Part shown: positions 44,861 to 54,026 of the stretch, in pieces | How positions within the stretch are numbered: the stretch's first letter is position 1 | How the letters are laid out: each line of letters begins with the position of its first letter | NCBI GenBank assembly: GCA_041671325.1 | Contig: JBAZBR010000003.1 | Coordinates: 132,506 to 196,505 of the forward strand | DNA length: 64,000 nucleotides | DNA from: Patescibacteria group bacterium | GTDB taxonomy: Bacteria; Patescibacteriota; Patescibacteriia; PEXW01 | Direction of reading: 5' to 3' | The notes under the pieces: generated by a model | Told to the model about the DNA's origin: nothing | Database searches by the model: none | The model's input: only the letters and a program-made list of their open reading frames with translations | Translations under genes and position numbers: made by a program

Positions 44861-45727
44861 ATGAATAATTTTAAAGCCCGCTGGAAATATTTGCTGGCCC
44901 TAATTTTTTTTGTAATAGCCAGCACTTTTAGCTGGCCAGGCCTGGCCAGGGCTTTGGACGTGAGCGTTACTGCCACGGTACCAAGCGCCACTCCGCCAGA
45001 AACTCCCATAACCTCTGTTGTTTTAAAAGGCATTGCCTACCCATCTTCCACGGTTACTATTTTAAAAGACGGGGCTTTGGCCGTGGCAGTACCAGCCGAC
45101 CCAACCGCCAGGTTTGATGTAACCCTTGGCAGCTTGACTGCCGGCACTTACACTTTTGGAGTTTATGGCAAGGACCGGGATGGCAGGCAGGGGCCAACTT
45201 TGAATTTTACCGTAACTTTAACCACTGGCACGACCGTAACCATAACCGGGATTTTTTTGGGCCCAACCATTGAGGCTGATAAAACCATGGCTCGCTTGGG
45301 CGAGACCATAACCTTGCTTGGCGTAACTAGTCCAAGCAGTACAGTTAGTGTGTATGTCAGTTCAGAGACTGATCATTCTTTTAACGTGACTGCCAGCAGT
45401 TCAGGCGCCTGGTCAAAGCAATTCCAAGCCAGCGACTTAAGGGTCGGCAACCATGAAGCTAAATCTAAAGCTACAGATCCGGATGGCTCGGTTTCGGAAT
45501 TCAGCAACACCGTCAGTTTCCAAGTTGCCACTACAGAACTTTGTGCGGACAAGGTTAAGGCAGACTTAAACTGCGATGGCGAAGTGGATATCGTGGATTT
45601 CAGTATTTTGCTTTACTATTGGAATCAGCGTAACCCCAAGAATGCCAGGGCAGATATTAATACTGACGGCATTGTGAATATCATTGACTTCAGTATCATG
45701 CTCTATTATTGGACGGGGCCAAAGTAG
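44861..45727 (+). CDS. Secreted protein with Ig-like domains and a C-terminal dockerin (type I-like, duplicated Ca-binding repeats)
   Basis: DLNCDGEVDIVDFSILLYYW ... DINTDGIVNIIDFSIMLYYW: two 22-residue D.N.DG.V...D repeats at the extreme C-terminus. N-terminal signal peptide. Confidence 0.7.
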   Translation: MNNFKARWKYLLALIFFVIASTFSWPGLARALDVSVTATVPSATPPETPITSVVLKGIAYPSSTVTILKDGALAVAVPADPTARFDVTLGSLTAGTYTFGVYGKDRDGRQGPTLNFTVTLTTGTTVTITGIFLGPTIEADKTMARLGETITLLGVTSPSSTVSVYVSSETDHSFNVTASSSGAWSKQFQASDLRVGNHEAKSKATDPDGSVSEFSNTVSFQVATTELCADKVKADLNCDGEVDIVDFSILLYYWNQRNPKNARADINTDGIVNIIDFSIMLYYWTGPK

Positions 45728-45731
45728 CCAA

Positions 45732-45848
45732 GTCATCCTGAGTCTCGCTTTCAAGCGAGCGAAGGATCTTAATAAGCTTATTTATTAAATAAATATTAGG
45801 GGATTCTTCCCCCTCGACTCGCTTCGCTCACTCGGGGTCAGAATGACG
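45732..45848. repeat. Palindromic element (RPE/MITE-like), copy 2: termini GTCATCCTGA...TCAGAATGAC, internal CTCGCT-ttca-AGCGAG, central GAAGGATCTTAATAA
   Basis: Begins 5 nt after the dockerin-gene stop. Family similarity to 17521, 50557 and 62704. Confidence 0.7.
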
Positions 45849-45855
45849 ATAAAAT

Positions 45856-46995
45856 ATGCAAAATAAATTATTTAAAATCATCGGGTTTTGTACACTAGTC
45901 TTGGGAATTTTCTTTTTCCAAAAAACAGTTCTGGCGGCCGAGCTTTACCTTTCCCCGGAAAATGATTTGATTAATCAAGGCCAGACTGTGGTGGTGGAGC
46001 TTAGGTTGGATAGCCGGAAAGAAATTATCAATGCTGTCCAAGGCCGGATGACTTATGATCCGCAAATTTTAGAATTTGTGGAAGTATCCAAAGCCGGGAC
46101 ATTTTTGAGCTTATGGCCAGAAGAACCCAAAGCTGATACGGCCGCAGGCGTGATTACTTTTGCCGGCGGCGCGCCTAATGGCAGTTATGTGATTAATGGC
46201 CGGGTTTTGGCCGTGGTTTTTAAAGGCAAAAACCTGGGGAGTTCTAAAGTCAGTATTGATAATGGCACTAGCGGCGTGTATTTGAATGATGGTTTAGGGA
46301 CCAAGGCCGAATTAAATGTCAAAAGCGCCACTATCACAGTCCAAATTCCGACTTCAACAATTAATTTAACTTCTCCAACCCATCCAGATGAAAACACTTG
46401 GTATAAAGCCAAAGACGTAAAGTTCACTTGGAGCGTGACGCAAGACGCTTTTTACGCTTATGTCTTTGGGGTCGATCCCGCGGCTTTACCCGACGAAAGA
46501 ATTGCCACTCACCTGGGTGAAATTTCTTATTCCAACGTGGATGATGGTATCCATTATTTTATCCTGAAGGAAAAATTGCCAAATGATAAATGGGGTCCAT
46601 CCATCCGGATGCGCGTGCAAATTGATTCAACTTTGCCTGAATCAATTATTTACCAGCTGACCCAAGACGTAGTGCCAGGCAAATTAGTCTTGGTATTTAG
46701 TGCCAAAGATCGGGTTTCCCAAATAGTCAAATACCAAATTATCGAAGGTAACCAAATTACGGATAATGCCATTAGCCCCTATACTTTAAAAAACCAAAAA
46801 CAAAGCCAAGTCATTACCATAAAGGCATTTGATTCAGCTGGCAATCTCCAAGAGGCGGTTATTCCTGGCGTGAAAACCGCTTCTACCGCTACCCAATATT
46901 TGTGGCCAATAGCCATTGGTTTTTCGCTCGTTATCCTGGTAATAATCCTTGTTGTTTATTGGCCAAAAAAACCCAAGCGGAATTTAGTTAAATAG
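45856..46995 (+). CDS. Membrane-anchored protein with N-terminal cohesin-like domain (379 aa)
   Basis: Signal peptide, then LYLSPENDLINQGQTVVVELRLDS...INAVQGRMTYDPQILEFVEVSKAGT...GVITFAGG...GRVLAVVFKGKNLGSSKVSI (cohesin-like beta-sandwich signature). C-terminal TM WPIAIGFSLVILVIILVVYW + KKPKR. Confidence 0.6.
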   Translation: MQNKLFKIIGFCTLVLGIFFFQKTVLAAELYLSPENDLINQGQTVVVELRLDSRKEIINAVQGRMTYDPQILEFVEVSKAGTFLSLWPEEPKADTAAGVITFAGGAPNGSYVINGRVLAVVFKGKNLGSSKVSIDNGTSGVYLNDGLGTKAELNVKSATITVQIPTSTINLTSPTHPDENTWYKAKDVKFTWSVTQDAFYAYVFGVDPAALPDERIATHLGEISYSNVDDGIHYFILKEKLPNDKWGPSIRMRVQIDSTLPESIIYQLTQDVVPGKLVLVFSAKDRVSQIVKYQIIEGNQITDNAISPYTLKNQKQSQVITIKAFDSAGNLQEAVIPGVKTASTATQYLWPIAIGFSLVILVIILVVYWPKKPKRNLVK

Positions 46996-47040
46996 ATTTT
47001 TTATCCTCTAAATAGAATAGAAGCAGAGATTGTAAAACTA

Positions 47041-47150
47041 ACCCCCTCGCCCTCTGGGAGAGGGGTAAGGGGTGAGGGTTGCTCGGAAATATTAATATTA
47101 GGTTAATCAATCAACCTCACCCTCAGTCCCTCTCCTATATAGGAGAGGGA
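47041..47150. repeat. REP-like elements E4 and E5 in inverted orientation, forming a ~110-bp composite palindrome
   Basis: CCCTCGCCCTCTGGGAGAGGGG...GGGTGAGGGTTGCTCGGAAAT // AACCTCACCCTCAGTCCCTCTCCTATATAGGAGAGGG. Confidence 0.6.
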
Positions 47151-47237
47151 GGAAGAAGATATAAAATAACCCCCAACCTTTAAGGGGGAATTTTAATCCA
47201 ATTATTAATAAATTAATTTTTTAAGTATACTGATTAC

Positions 47238-48746
47238 ATGGCAAAGGGTCGTAGGTTAGTATCCATAAGCTTATTTATTAGCCTGTTATTAGGAGGCGTT
47301 GTTAGTTTTTATAATCATGACGTAAAAGCGGCCGATGGGGCTAGCCTGCTTTTCAGTCCGGGTAATGCCAATTTCACGGTTGGCAGCACTTTTAATATTT
47401 CCGTGGTAGTTAACACCGGCAAAAAAGCCATCAATGCCGTCAAGGCTGACATCAAATTCCCGCCCACCAAATTGCAGGTGGTAAATCCCAGCACTGGCAC
47501 CTCCTTCATTTCCATTTGGGTTGACCAGCCGGCTTATTCCAACACCGCCGGCACAGTTTCTTTCCAGGGCGGCTTGCCAAATCCCGGCATAGTCACGGAT
47601 GCCGGGGTAGTCAGCACCATAACTTTCCGCGCCACTTCCCCAGGTACGGCTAAAATAACTTTTGCGGATACTTCCAAGGTTTTAGCCAATGACGGCCAAG
47701 GCACAAATTTATTGACTTCCCGGGGAGACGCGAATTTGACTTTGAATTTGGCTGCTCCTGAAGGTCCGATTATTTCTTCGCCTTCTCATCCAGACCAAAA
47801 TGCCTGGTACCAAAATCGGACGGTAAATTTTGAATGGGAAGAAATCCCGAATGCCGTGGGCTATAGTTATGTCTTTGACCAAAATTCCAAAACCACGCCA
47901 CCGGAAAAACAGGATGCCACTTCCCAAAGGACTACCACAGTCACGACTGACAAAGATGGCCGTTGGTATTTTCATGTCCGGGCCAAGGTGGAAAGTTGGG
48001 GCGGCACCAGCCACTATGCGGTTTTAATTGATGCCACTCCGCCTGCCTCATTCACCCCGACTTTGGATCCACCAAACCCCCAGCCAGGACAGCGGGGTGA
48101 ACTGAAATTTTTCACTACTGATGCCATGTCTGGTATAGAGCATTATGAAATGCAAATCTTGCATCTGGATAATCCCGACCAAGGCACGCCTTTTTTCACT
48201 GAACAGTCCAGCCCAGTCCGGTTGCCGGATTTGCCATTGGGTAAATATGAAGTCGCAGTCAGGGCTTTTGACCAGGCAGGCAATTCCATTGATGGCAAAT
48301 TAAATTTTAGCGTCTCCACTCCTGACACAGGCCCGAAAATTGGTAAAAAGCCTTTATTGCAAAATACCTTTTTTACGAATATCGCCCTGATTGGTGCGGG
48401 TTTATTGGTTTTAATATTGCTAATCTGGTTGATTGCTCGCTGGCGCCGAAAACCTAAGGATGTTATTGAGGATATCCAGAGACTGGAGCAAGAAACCCTG
48501 CAAAAAGAATCAGAATTAGCCCGAACTATTACCGCGGCCAGGGCTTTGGAATCCGCCATCCAGCAGCAGGTTGAACATGACCAAGGCCAAGCACCTAAAC
48601 AGACCAACCAAGAGCCACCTGCAGGAAATCAGCAAGTCGCGTATAATGAGCAAGCAGGGGTACCCCAGCCTCCCCAAGAACCAGAAGCTACTAATTTTAT
48701 CAACCCCCAGCATCCCGAGGATTTAAACCAAAACCAAAAGACATGA
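47238..48746 (+). CDS. Membrane-anchored protein with N-terminal cohesin-like domain, a conserved middle domain (SHPDQNAWY...WYFHVRAK) and a C-terminal TM + cytoplasmic tail (502 aa)
   Basis: LLFSPGNANFTVGSTFNISVVVNTGKKAINAVKADIKFPPTKLQVVNPSTGT... is paralogous to the 45856 and 48743 genes. Confidence 0.65.
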   Translation: MAKGRRLVSISLFISLLLGGVVSFYNHDVKAADGASLLFSPGNANFTVGSTFNISVVVNTGKKAINAVKADIKFPPTKLQVVNPSTGTSFISIWVDQPAYSNTAGTVSFQGGLPNPGIVTDAGVVSTITFRATSPGTAKITFADTSKVLANDGQGTNLLTSRGDANLTLNLAAPEGPIISSPSHPDQNAWYQNRTVNFEWEEIPNAVGYSYVFDQNSKTTPPEKQDATSQRTTTVTTDKDGRWYFHVRAKVESWGGTSHYAVLIDATPPASFTPTLDPPNPQPGQRGELKFFTTDAMSGIEHYEMQILHLDNPDQGTPFFTEQSSPVRLPDLPLGKYEVAVRAFDQAGNSIDGKLNFSVSTPDTGPKIGKKPLLQNTFFTNIALIGAGLLVLILLIWLIARWRRKPKDVIEDIQRLEQETLQKESELARTITAARALESAIQQQVEHDQGQAPKQTNQEPPAGNQQVAYNEQAGVPQPPQEPEATNFINPQHPEDLNQNQKT

Positions 48747-50491
48747 AAAAAATATTTTTCATATTTATAATTATTGCCGGTTTAGGGGTTTGGTTTTGGC
48801 CAAGCCAATCAGAAGCCGCCAGTCTTTTATTAAGTCCAACAAGTGCCTCCTTGCAAGTCGGCCAGTCTAAAATTATTTCTATTATTGTGGCCAGTTCAGA
48901 CCAGGCCATGAATGCCAGCCAGGCAGTGCTGAGTTTTCCGACCAGCAAGCTGCAAGTCACAGGTTTATCCAAAGCTGGATTATTTTCTTACTGGACCCAA
49001 GAACCAAGTTACTCCAATTCCAGCGGCACTATAACTTTTGGCGGCGGCATGCCAACCCCAGGCTATAAAGGTTCTGGTCGAAGTATTTTTAGCATTACTT
49101 TCAAAGCTAAGGCAACTGGCACAGCAAAAATTACTTATACTTCTGGGTCAGTTTTTGCCAATGATGGCGAGGGGACAAATATCATAAAAAGTTATGGCAG
49201 CTCAACTTTAACTATTTCCGCAGCCACCCCAGTTAATACCGCGCCAGAACCAGAACCCACGCCCCAGCCAAACCAACCCAGCATAGTGGCACCCAGCGTG
49301 ACTTCCACAACCCATCCAAATTCCGATTCTTGGTATAACAAGCCGGACATTTCCTTGACTTGGACCCGGCCGAATAATAACTTTGGCGTCAGTTATATAT
49401 TGGACCAAGTTGCAACTACCACCCCAGACGAAGCCTTAGAAACCAATACTGGCAGTGAAGATTTCAAGCAAACTGCAGATGGAGTTTGGTATTTCCATAT
49501 CCGCGCCAAATACTCCACTGGCTGGTCTAACACCACGCATTTCAAAATCCAGATTGATACCCGGCCACCAGAAAATTTTTCACCCCAAATTTCCAGGGAA
49601 GGCGGCACGGGTAACCCGAACGTGATCTTGATTTTTTCTACCACTGATTCCTTAAGCGGCGTTTCTGGCTATGCCATTGCTTATGATGCGAATAATTTTG
49701 TTACAGTCACCAGTCCGTATACCTTAAAAAACCAAAAAGCCGGTTTGCACCAATACACGGTCCGCGCCACAGACCGGGCTGGCAATAGCCGGGATGCCAT
49801 TGGCCAGTTTAACGTGGAAGGCAGTCCGGCGCCCAGGATTACCCAAGTGCCCAAAACCGTGACCTTATTCGGGGAAATTCCAGTGGAAGGTTTGACGGTT
49901 AAGGGTGATGAAGTAGTTCTGTTGGTTGATGGCAAGGAAGTCGGCAGATTTATAAGTGACAATTACCAAATTGATTCCAAAAACGGCGTAGCCGTACCCG
50001 AAGGCTTAGTTTTGTGGCGCTATGTTATCCAGCCTTTTTTAATCCCGGGTGACCACCAGTTGACTGCTTATGCCATAAACCAATTTAAGATTGAAAGCCC
50101 GGCTAGCGTGCCCGTACTTTTCAAAACCCTTGGTTCAGTCACCCAGATTTTCGGGTTTTACGTTTCCACCTGGGGCTTGATAATTTCCCTCTTGCTGGTC
50201 ATCTTCATCTTAATCCTGCTCTTGCTCATCCTTTATGAGCGTTACCGGCATTGGCGCCGTCAGCAGGCTTTTGATTTGGATAAAGCCGAAGAGGAAATTA
50301 ACGAGGAAATTGAAAAGCTACAAACTGTTTTGGAAAAGGATATCGCAGGAGCCATTCGCTCATCAATTAAAGAAAAATCAATTCAATCTGCTACCCATGA
50401 CCAGATAAAAAAGGATCTAATCCAAACCCGGAGCCGGATTGACGGTTTGTTGGAGAAGGAAATCCAGCGCAAAAAGCGGAAAAGGAAATAA
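48743..50491 (+). CDS. Membrane-anchored cohesin-like domain protein, third paralog (582 aa), with extra Ig-like domain and coiled-coil basic C-terminal tail
   Basis: LLLSPTSASLQVGQSKIISIIVASSDQAMNASQAVLSFPTSKLQV...; THPNSDSWYNK...WYFHIRAK. Start overlaps the previous stop (ATGA). Confidence 0.65.
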   Translation: MKKIFFIFIIIAGLGVWFWPSQSEAASLLLSPTSASLQVGQSKIISIIVASSDQAMNASQAVLSFPTSKLQVTGLSKAGLFSYWTQEPSYSNSSGTITFGGGMPTPGYKGSGRSIFSITFKAKATGTAKITYTSGSVFANDGEGTNIIKSYGSSTLTISAATPVNTAPEPEPTPQPNQPSIVAPSVTSTTHPNSDSWYNKPDISLTWTRPNNNFGVSYILDQVATTTPDEALETNTGSEDFKQTADGVWYFHIRAKYSTGWSNTTHFKIQIDTRPPENFSPQISREGGTGNPNVILIFSTTDSLSGVSGYAIAYDANNFVTVTSPYTLKNQKAGLHQYTVRATDRAGNSRDAIGQFNVEGSPAPRITQVPKTVTLFGEIPVEGLTVKGDEVVLLVDGKEVGRFISDNYQIDSKNGVAVPEGLVLWRYVIQPFLIPGDHQLTAYAINQFKIESPASVPVLFKTLGSVTQIFGFYVSTWGLIISLLLVIFILILLLLILYERYRHWRRQQAFDLDKAEEEINEEIEKLQTVLEKDIAGAIRSSIKEKSIQSATHDQIKKDLIQTRSRIDGLLEKEIQRKKRKRK

Positions 50492-50556
50492 GGTTTTTTG
50501 GAATTGACTAAAGACCATTAATAAAGGGCAGTTTTTTATAATTATTATTTTTATTT

Positions 50557-50678
50557 GTCATTCCGACTGAGCCCGATTCATAGAAGGGCGAGTGGAGGAA
50601 TCTCTATTGAACAAACGAGATCCCTCGGCTCCCGCCCGCTGTGCCTGTGGCGCTGGCTGGCGGGTCGCTCGGGATGAC
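50557..50678. repeat. Palindromic element (RPE/MITE-like), copy 3: termini GTCATTCCGA...TCGGGATGAC
   Basis: GC-rich internal hairpins in an AT-rich intergenic region, downstream of the 582-aa gene. Confidence 0.6.
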
Positions 50679-51046
50679 AAAAGGCGGAAGCAATGCTCTT
50701 AAAACTGATACTAAAAAAAGTTGACTTTTTCCGCTTTTTGCGCTATAATTAGTATGTAAAATAAAAAAATTAAAACAAAAACTATGTTTTGTCAGCGCGC
50801 GCCACAAAAAAGTATTAAGCTCTCCGTAATTTGGCTAGCGATTTTTGTTATCTTAGCCGGGATCCTGGCTGCCACTTACGGACCGAAAAGCATCCCCGAT
50901 AAAGTCAGTTCTGCCACTGATTCCGTAATTGTCCCGTAAAAAACAATCACCAATCCACGAAATCACAAATGCTCGGCGGAGCATTTTTATAAAAGGTAAA
51001 TTTTGGCTAGAATTAAAGACTATTGATTTTAAAAAAATAAGCATTT

Positions 51047-51916
51047 ATGTCAGTCATTAGCGTTAAGAATTTAGTTAAACATTTTGGCCAAGTCAAGGCC
51101 GTTGATGGCGTTTCCTTTGAAATCGAGCAAGGCGAAGTTTTTGGTTTCTTAGGACCAAACGGCGCAGGCAAAACCACGACCATCAGGTGCATGATGGATT
51201 TTATCAGGCCAACCAGCGGGTCGATTGACATTTTGGGCTTGAATGCCCAGAAAAATTCCACCAAGCTGAAGCGCCGTATTGGTTTTTTGTCCGGTTATGT
51301 CAGGCTGTGCAGTAATTGGACGGGGGAGGAGCATATCAACTTTGCCAAGAATTTGAACGGTGAACATGATGACTCAACCGAATTAGTCGCCAGGTTTAAT
51401 TTTGATCCAACCAAAAAAGCCAAATCACTTTCTTCCGGCAACCGCCAAAAGCTGGGCTTGATCCTGGCACTTTTTAACCAGCCAGAGGTGATTATCATGG
51501 ATGAGCCGACAAATGCCTTGGATCCGCTCTTGCAGAATGAGGTTTACCAGCTTTTGGATGAAGCCAAAAAAAGAGGGGCGACAGTTTTCATGTCCTCCCA
51601 TAATTTGGCTGAAGTAGATCGGGTCTGTACCAAGGTTTGTGTCATCAAAGAGGGCAAAGCTATAGCCACAGAAAGCATCAATAACCTCAAGCAAAAAAGA
51701 TTATATTCGGTTCATGCGCATTTTGCCAAAACCGCACCCACCGAGGCGTTTCAAAAAATCGGCGCTACCATCCTTGAACAGCGGAATGATTACTTGACCC
51801 TAAAGATCAAAGGCAATATCGAACCAGTCATCAAACTTCTGGGCACTTTCCCTTTGCGGGATTTGCAGATCCAGCATGCTTCTTTGGAGGAAATTTTTAT
51901 GGAATATTACCGTTAA
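51047..51916 (+). CDS. ABC transporter ATP-binding protein
   Basis: Walker A GPNGAGKTTT, signature LSSGNRQKLGL, Walker B IIMDEPTNALD. Confidence 0.85.
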   Translation: MSVISVKNLVKHFGQVKAVDGVSFEIEQGEVFGFLGPNGAGKTTTIRCMMDFIRPTSGSIDILGLNAQKNSTKLKRRIGFLSGYVRLCSNWTGEEHINFAKNLNGEHDDSTELVARFNFDPTKKAKSLSSGNRQKLGLILALFNQPEVIIMDEPTNALDPLLQNEVYQLLDEAKKRGATVFMSSHNLAEVDRVCTKVCVIKEGKAIATESINNLKQKRLYSVHAHFAKTAPTEAFQKIGATILEQRNDYLTLKIKGNIEPVIKLLGTFPLRDLQIQHASLEEIFMEYYR

Positions 51917-52724
51917 GCTTATGTTGGACATAACTTTACGATTTTTAAAAGATAAATGGAAGTCGATCCTGGTTTACGTTATTGCCGGTATTGGATTTAT
52001 GTGGATGTACGTGGGCATGTTCCCTTCCATTCAGAAACAGGCGGGAAATTACGCTGATATCGCCAAGGCTTTTCCTGAAGCCATGCTCAAAGCTTTTGGC
52101 ATCCAGAATTTTTCCATCAGTCACCTGGAGAACTTCCTTTCCATTGAGCATTTCAGCCTGATTTGGCCATTGATGCTGATTTTACTGGTTACTGCTTTTG
52201 CGGCCAATGCCATTGCTGCGGAAGTTGAAAAAGGCACAATTGAACTTACCCTGGCTCGGCCGGTTTCTCGCCTCTCAGTTTTTTGGGGAAAGTACTTGGC
52301 TGGGATCATTGCCCTGCTAGTTTTTGTCGCCCTTTCAATTTTCAGCATTGCTCCGCTAGCTGGAATTCACCAGGTCTCCTATACTTTTTCGCACTTCGTT
52401 ACCATGGCAGTCTTGGGCGCGCTTTTTGGCTGGGCGATTTTTTCCTGCGGCATGATGTTTTCAGCTTTTGTTTCCGACAAAAGCAAAGTCGGCATGTACA
52501 TTGGCGCAGTCTTGATTGTCATGTACGTGCTTAATATTATTTCCGGTTTGAAAGAAAGTTTTCAGAACCTGCAATACTTTTCGCTTTTCCATTATTTTAC
52601 CAGCGAAGCAGCCTTGGTCAACAATAATTTGCCAACCAATTCAGTCCTAGTTTTTGTGGGCGTTGCCATTGTCTGCACATTGCTGGCAGCTTGGCGGTTT
52701 GCCAAAAGGGATATTGCCACCTAA
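51876..52724 (+). CDS. ABC-2 type transporter permease (6 TM). Start uncertain: 51876, or in-frame 51921
   Basis: Multi-pass hydrophobic protein immediately following, and overlapping, the ATPase gene. Confidence 0.65.
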   Translation: MLLWRKFLWNITVKLMLDITLRFLKDKWKSILVYVIAGIGFMWMYVGMFPSIQKQAGNYADIAKAFPEAMLKAFGIQNFSISHLENFLSIEHFSLIWPLMLILLVTAFAANAIAAEVEKGTIELTLARPVSRLSVFWGKYLAGIIALLVFVALSIFSIAPLAGIHQVSYTFSHFVTMAVLGALFGWAIFSCGMMFSAFVSDKSKVGMYIGAVLIVMYVLNIISGLKESFQNLQYFSLFHYFTSEAALVNNNLPTNSVLVFVGVAIVCTLLAAWRFAKRDIAT

Positions 52725-52730
52725 AAAAAT

Positions 52731-52758
52731 TAAAACCCGCACCAAAGATGCGGGTTTA
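52731..52758 (+). terminator. Terminator AACCCGC-accaaagat-GCGGGTT + TATT
   Basis: Stem-loop after the permease stop. Confidence 0.55.
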
Positions 52759-52935
52759 TTAAAGAAATCAAGCCTGGAGTGAAAAGGATTATTTGCCAAC
52801 CCGAATGATAATTTCTTTTCGCCCGAAAATTCCCAAAGCCTCAAAAATGGCGGTGATCAGCTGGTTTAAAAAAAGAATTCTGTATTGACCAGATGGAATT
52901 GGGTCCTCAGTGGTTTTGACGATTTTAGTCACAAA

Positions 52936-52988
52936 GGAGTAGAGACTTTAGTCTCTTAAATCCAGCCAGAGACTAAAGTCTCTACTCC
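52936..52988. promoter_or_regulatory. Double palindrome: two copies of the 16-bp palindrome AGAGACT(TT/AA)AGTCTCT nested in an outer inverted repeat GGAGT...ACTCC; candidate operator for a dimer-of-dimers regulator
   Basis: Exact 20-bp inverted arms at 52936-52955 and 52969-52988. Lies ~120 bp upstream of the dksA-like gene. Confidence 0.45.
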
Positions 52989-53104
52989 GGATTTCCATTC
53001 AAACCCGTAAAACTTGCCAAGTTTTAGGGCTTTTGGTATAGTTTTATGTGACAAGAGCATATCTAGTTTTGTAAGCGCTTGTTTTTTATTTTTAGGCTTA
53101 TTAT

Positions 53105-53500
53105 ATGGGGAAAACCAAAAAAGACGAACCAAAGAAGCCCAGCCCAGATCGTGGCCGTTTAGCCTTTTTAACTGACGTAAAAAACCGGCTGGTTAAGGAT
53201 TATAATGCCATCACTTCCAGGATCGGTTCGCTGATTTCCAAAGGCAAAGGCTTGTTTGAAGAGCATGGCATTAAGGATGAAGAAAATGCGGCTGAAGTCG
53301 CTGAATACCAGAATCGGCTGTCGTTGGAAAAAAACCTGGAAAAAGCTAAGGGCGAAATTGAAGAAGCTTTGAAAAAAGTTGAAGCCGGGACTTATGGTAT
53401 TTGCCAAGAGTGCGGCAACCAGATTGAAAGCGAGCGGCTGAAAATTTTGCCTTCAGCCACTATTTGCGCTGCCTGCATTAAAAAAGCCCGGCAGAAATAA
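53105..53500 (+). CDS. DksA/TraR-family C4 zinc-finger protein
   Basis: N-terminal coiled coil and a C-terminal CQECGNQIESERLKILPSATICAAC (CxxC-x17-CxxC). Confidence 0.7.
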   Translation: MGKTKKDEPKKPSPDRGRLAFLTDVKNRLVKDYNAITSRIGSLISKGKGLFEEHGIKDEENAAEVAEYQNRLSLEKNLEKAKGEIEEALKKVEAGTYGICQECGNQIESERLKILPSATICAACIKKARQK

Positions 53501-53505
53501 TTTTT

Positions 53506-53967
53506 ATGAGTAAAAGATTTTGGCTGGCCACGCTTGCGGGTGTGGGATTGTTTATTCTGGACCGGGTCACTAGGACGCTGGCTTTTGGTCACGGGGATAC
53601 GGTACTAATACCCAAAATTTTAAAAAGCCTGCCAATTAAAAATTTTGGCGTTGCTTTGGGCCTAAATTTTACTAATGGCCAAATCAGCGCCGTGGTCATT
53701 AGCAGTTTGCTCTTAGTCGTGGTGATTGTCCTGGCCACCCAAGGCTTAAAAAGGAAAAATTTTTATACTTGGCTTTCAACTAATTTGATTTTTCTTGGCG
53801 CCTTTTCCAACCTGCTTGACCGCGTAATTTACGGCAGCGTCAGGGACTTTTTAAAATTTTCTTTTTGGCCAACTACAAACAATATTGGCGATCTCATGGT
53901 AACCGTTGGCGCCATAATCCTGATCATTACTTATAAACCAAACCCTAAAAAATTATTAAAACATTAA
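53506..53967 (+). CDS. lspA: Lipoprotein signal peptidase (signal peptidase II)
   Basis: KNFGVALG, GAFSNLLDRVIYGSVRDF and NNIGDL are the conserved LspA boxes. Confidence 0.8.
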   Translation: MSKRFWLATLAGVGLFILDRVTRTLAFGHGDTVLIPKILKSLPIKNFGVALGLNFTNGQISAVVISSLLLVVVIVLATQGLKRKNFYTWLSTNLIFLGAFSNLLDRVIYGSVRDFLKFSFWPTTNNIGDLMVTVGAIILIITYKPNPKKLLKH

Positions 53968-54026
53968 AATTTTAATTGCCGCCGTTGATTTTTTGGAAAG
54001 GAGAAAGTCCACGGCGTGAGAGGAAA

